A stretch of 36,596 bases of DNA, from contig JAURQY010000028.1 of the NCBI GenBank assembly GCA_030835875.1, forward strand, positions 1-36,596, written 5' to 3'. The position numbers and the translations under genes are program-made. This document shows, one piece after another, positions 34,669 through 36,596 of this stretch (within the stretch, counting starts at the first letter, position 1; every line of letters begins with the position of its first letter). The DNA comes from Nitriliruptorales bacterium. Lineage in GTDB: Bacteria > Actinomycetota > Nitriliruptoria > Nitriliruptorales > Nitriliruptoraceae. The notes below the pieces were generated by a model. It was given only the letters and a program-made list of their open reading frames with translations. It did not search any database and was not told the DNA's origin.

Positions 34669-35074
34669 GCTCGAGGCGGTGCTCCTCGACCTCGTAACCG
34701 AGCGCCTCACCGGCCTCGGCGGTCCCACGGTGCCGCGTCGCCTCGACGCGCGCGGGCAGGTCGACATCATCGAGTCGACCGCAGGCCGAGCACACGAGAT
34801 GATGGTGGTGACGCGAGAGCTCCTCGGCCACCTCGAAGCGCGCGACCCCGTCGGTCGATGGCAGCCGGGACACGACGCCGCACGACTCGAGGACGCCGAG
34901 GTTGCGGTAGAGGGAGCTCTGCGACCAGGCCTCGTCGGTGTCGAGCAGCTCGGCGATCGTGAGCGGCCGGCCGGCGCCGAGCAGCGTCGTCACGAGCGCC
35001 CGCCGTCCACCCGTGTAGCGCTGCCGGGCACGGTGGAGACGGTCGGCGACGACGGTGTGCGGCTCGAGGCTCAT
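34640..35074 (-). CDS. zur: Fur-family transcriptional regulator (Zur-like)
   Basis: Winged-helix N-domain (RPLTIAELLD...SLYRNLGVLESCGVV), then HHHHLVCSACG and a C-terminal CADC, which are the Fur-family metal and structural-Zn CxxC pairs. Adjacency to the metal ABC genes suggests Zur, but metal specificity cannot be read from sequence alone. Confidence 0.75.
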   Translation of the reverse strand: MSLEPHTVVADRLHRARQRYTGGRRALVTTLLGAGRPLTIAELLDTDEAWSQSSLYRNLGVLESCGVVSRLPSTDGVARFEVAEELSRHHHHLVCSACGRLDDVDLPARVEATRHRGTAEAGEALGYEVEEHRLELIGRCADCR

Positions 35075-35080
35075 TGGGGC

Positions 35081-35086
35081 AGCGTA
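35081..35086 (-). promoter_or_regulatory. -10-like hexamer TACGCT positioned for a leaderless Fur-family transcript
   Basis: The minus strand reads CCCC-TACGCT-GCCCCA-ATG. The hexamer fits TANNNT and ends 6 nt before the start codon at 35074. No SD is present. Confidence 0.3.
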
Positions 35087-35139
35087 GGGGAGCAGGTGCC
35101 GCCGGCACCCGGCGAGGCGACCGTTAGACTCGCCCCTTC

Positions 35140-36087
35140 ATGACGCGGACGCGTCGCTCCCCGGCCCCGGAGGCCCCCTTGCACCGCTCCTCATCGCCCC
35201 GCGCACGTATCTCGGCACGTCTGCGGCGTGGCGCCCTCCTGGTCACCGTCCCCGTCGTGCTCGCCGCGTGTGCGGCAGCACCGTCGGGTCCTGTCGCGAC
35301 CGTCGACGGCGTCGACGTCCCACGCGAGCTCCTCGAGGGGTGGGTGCGGACCGCGACGGACGCCAACGGGGACCTCGATGCGGTCGGCCTGCAGGCCGAC
35401 CTCCTCGCGCGGGTGGTCCAGCAGCGGATCATCGAGGGCGTGGTCGCCGAGCGCGGGCTGACCGTCGATCTGGCGCTCATCGAGTCGATCCGCGCCGACA
35501 TCACCGCGCAGGTCGGCGGCGAGTCAAGCCTCGAGGCGACGCTCGTCGATGTCGGGTTCCCCAAGGACTACTTCGAGGACGTCTTCCTGCCCGTCGAGGC
35601 AGCGGTCGACACCCTCGTGCTGTCGCTCGCGGAGGGGCAGGCCCTTGCCACCCGTTCGGCTCGCCACATCCTCGTCGAGACGCGCGCGGAGGCGGACGAG
35701 ATCGTGGCACTGCTCGCGGACGGCGCAGAATTCGCGACGCTCGCCCAGGAGCGCTCCCAGGACCCAGGCAGCGGCGCGCAGGGCGGCGACCTCGGCGCGC
35801 AGCGGCGTGGCACCTTCGTCCCGCCGTTCGATGACGCCGTGTGGGGCGCGCCGTTCGACACCGTCCTCGAGCCCGTCGAGTCCGAGTTCGGCTTCCACGT
35901 CATCGAGGTGACGGCGGAGACCGAGACACCTGCGGCCGATCTGAGTTCACAGGAGCGACGCGCACTCGTCGCCGCCGAGCTCGAGGAGCTCATCGGTGGC
36001 CGGATCGAGGTCGCGGAGGTCACGGTCGACCCGACGATCGGCACGTGGGACGCGACGACCGGTGGCATCACGCCGGCGAACCAGTAG
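35140..36087 (+). CDS. parvulin-type peptidyl-prolyl cis-trans isomerase lipoprotein (PrsA/SurA-like)
   Basis: Signal peptide with lipobox VVLAAC. The C-terminal parvulin domain reads ARHILVETRAEADEIVALLADGAEFATLAQERSQDPGSGAQGGDLG....FV..F......FGFHVIEV. Confidence 0.8.
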   Translation: MTRTRRSPAPEAPLHRSSSPRARISARLRRGALLVTVPVVLAACAAAPSGPVATVDGVDVPRELLEGWVRTATDANGDLDAVGLQADLLARVVQQRIIEGVVAERGLTVDLALIESIRADITAQVGGESSLEATLVDVGFPKDYFEDVFLPVEAAVDTLVLSLAEGQALATRSARHILVETRAEADEIVALLADGAEFATLAQERSQDPGSGAQGGDLGAQRRGTFVPPFDDAVWGAPFDTVLEPVESEFGFHVIEVTAETETPAADLSSQERRALVAAELEELIGGRIEVAEVTVDPTIGTWDATTGGITPANQ

Positions 36088-36123
36088 TCCGGTCCGGCAG
36101 CAGGTCGAGGACGGAGCGTCACG

Positions 36124-36596
36124 GTGCCCGACAGCGCGGGACGCGTCGTCCTCGTCGAGACGTCCGAGCTGATCCCCGGGCTCCTGCCGTTCCAGGCGTG
36201 GGACGCGCTCGCGACCGCGGACATCGTCCTGCTGCGCGACCCGTCCACGCATCCCGCGGCCGGTGAGCTGCATCTCGCCGGCCTCGACCTCGCCGCGCTC
36301 GAGCCGACCGCGCTCGACCGCTCGGACCTCCTGCTGACGCGACCCGGCGCGCCCGACGACCGACGCCTCGCGAAATCGCTCGTCGCCGCCGCACGCGAGC
36401 ATGGCCGCGTCGTCTACCTGCTCGAGGACGACGAACGTGGTCTCGCGCCCGCGCTCGCCGGCATGGTCGCCGAGCACGACGTCGAGATCGAGCTCGTGTT
36501 CCTTGCCCAGCTCCCGCGCGGCACGGAGCTGCTGCGTGCGGTCGGGGTGATGGACCGCCTGCGCGACCCGGACGGCGGCTGCCCGTGGGACCTCGA
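36124..36596 (+). CDS. mazG: nucleoside triphosphate pyrophosphohydrolase MazG, N-terminal part (3' end outside the window)
   Basis: The frame from GTG 36124 is open to the window end. It shows an N-terminal methylase-like domain (RVVLVETSELIPGLLPFQAWDAL..ADIVLL) followed by the start of the MazG domain, VMDRLRDPDGGCPWDL. It is not in the ORF track because there is no stop in the window. MazG following mfd is conserved actinobacterial synteny. Confidence 0.75.
   Translation, partial: MPDSAGRVVLVETSELIPGLLPFQAWDALATADIVLLRDPSTHPAAGELHLAGLDLAALEPTALDRSDLLLTRPGAPDDRRLAKSLVAAAREHGRVVYLLEDDERGLAPALAGMVAEHDVEIELVFLAQLPRGTELLRAVGVMDRLRDPDGGCPWDL

Overview
Very GC-rich (by eye >70% G+C, GC3-saturated codons) core-chromosome segment of an Actinomycetota genome. 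I can support 36 protein-coding genes (two cut by the window edges), two tRNAs (Ala-CGC, Gln-TTG), and a few hairpins and promoter-like elements. The content is almost entirely housekeeping. It is syntenic with two blocks known from mycobacteria and other actinobacteria. Block 1 is SAF protein / FmdB zinc-ribbon (Ruc-like) / 5-formyl-THF cyclo-ligase / galU / moeA(glp) / SepX-GlpR-like membrane protein. Block 2 is rsmI / tatD / rpf / rsmA(ksgA) / ispE / tRNA-Gln / glmU / prs / rplY / pth / mfd ... mazG. Other genes are cysS', panD, a HIT protein, a three-gene operon (membrane-fused spermidine-synthase-like protein plus two ABC half-exporters), ettA, two paralogous SDR+DUF2867 genes bracketing uppP-mobA, an MFS transporter, xthA, a metal ABC importer ATPase and permease with a Fur-family (Zur-like) regulator, and a parvulin lipoprotein. 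Nine gene junctions are stop/start overlaps (ATGA/GTGA/TTGA/TGATG). I see no transposase, integrase, phage gene, CRISPR array, toxin-antitoxin pair or recognisable defence gene, so I cannot honestly claim a novel system here. The observations most worth a second look are as follows. (1) A perfect 11-bp inverted repeat forms two mirror-image TAGCGT -10-like elements between the MFS gene and xthA, and the same 17-nt string sits in front of tatD. (2) The metal importer is split into divergent ATPase and permease genes around the only AT-rich island, with no binding-protein gene, a His-rich ATPase tail and a 5-codon uORF. (3) The duplicated SDR+DUF2867 genes flank an inverted uppP-mobA pair. (4) A DUF4191 membrane protein is translationally coupled between pth and mfd. 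(5) The spermidine-synthase-like gene is coupled to the ABC exporter pair. The many long antisense ORFs in the six-frame track are GC-bias shadows and were rejected.
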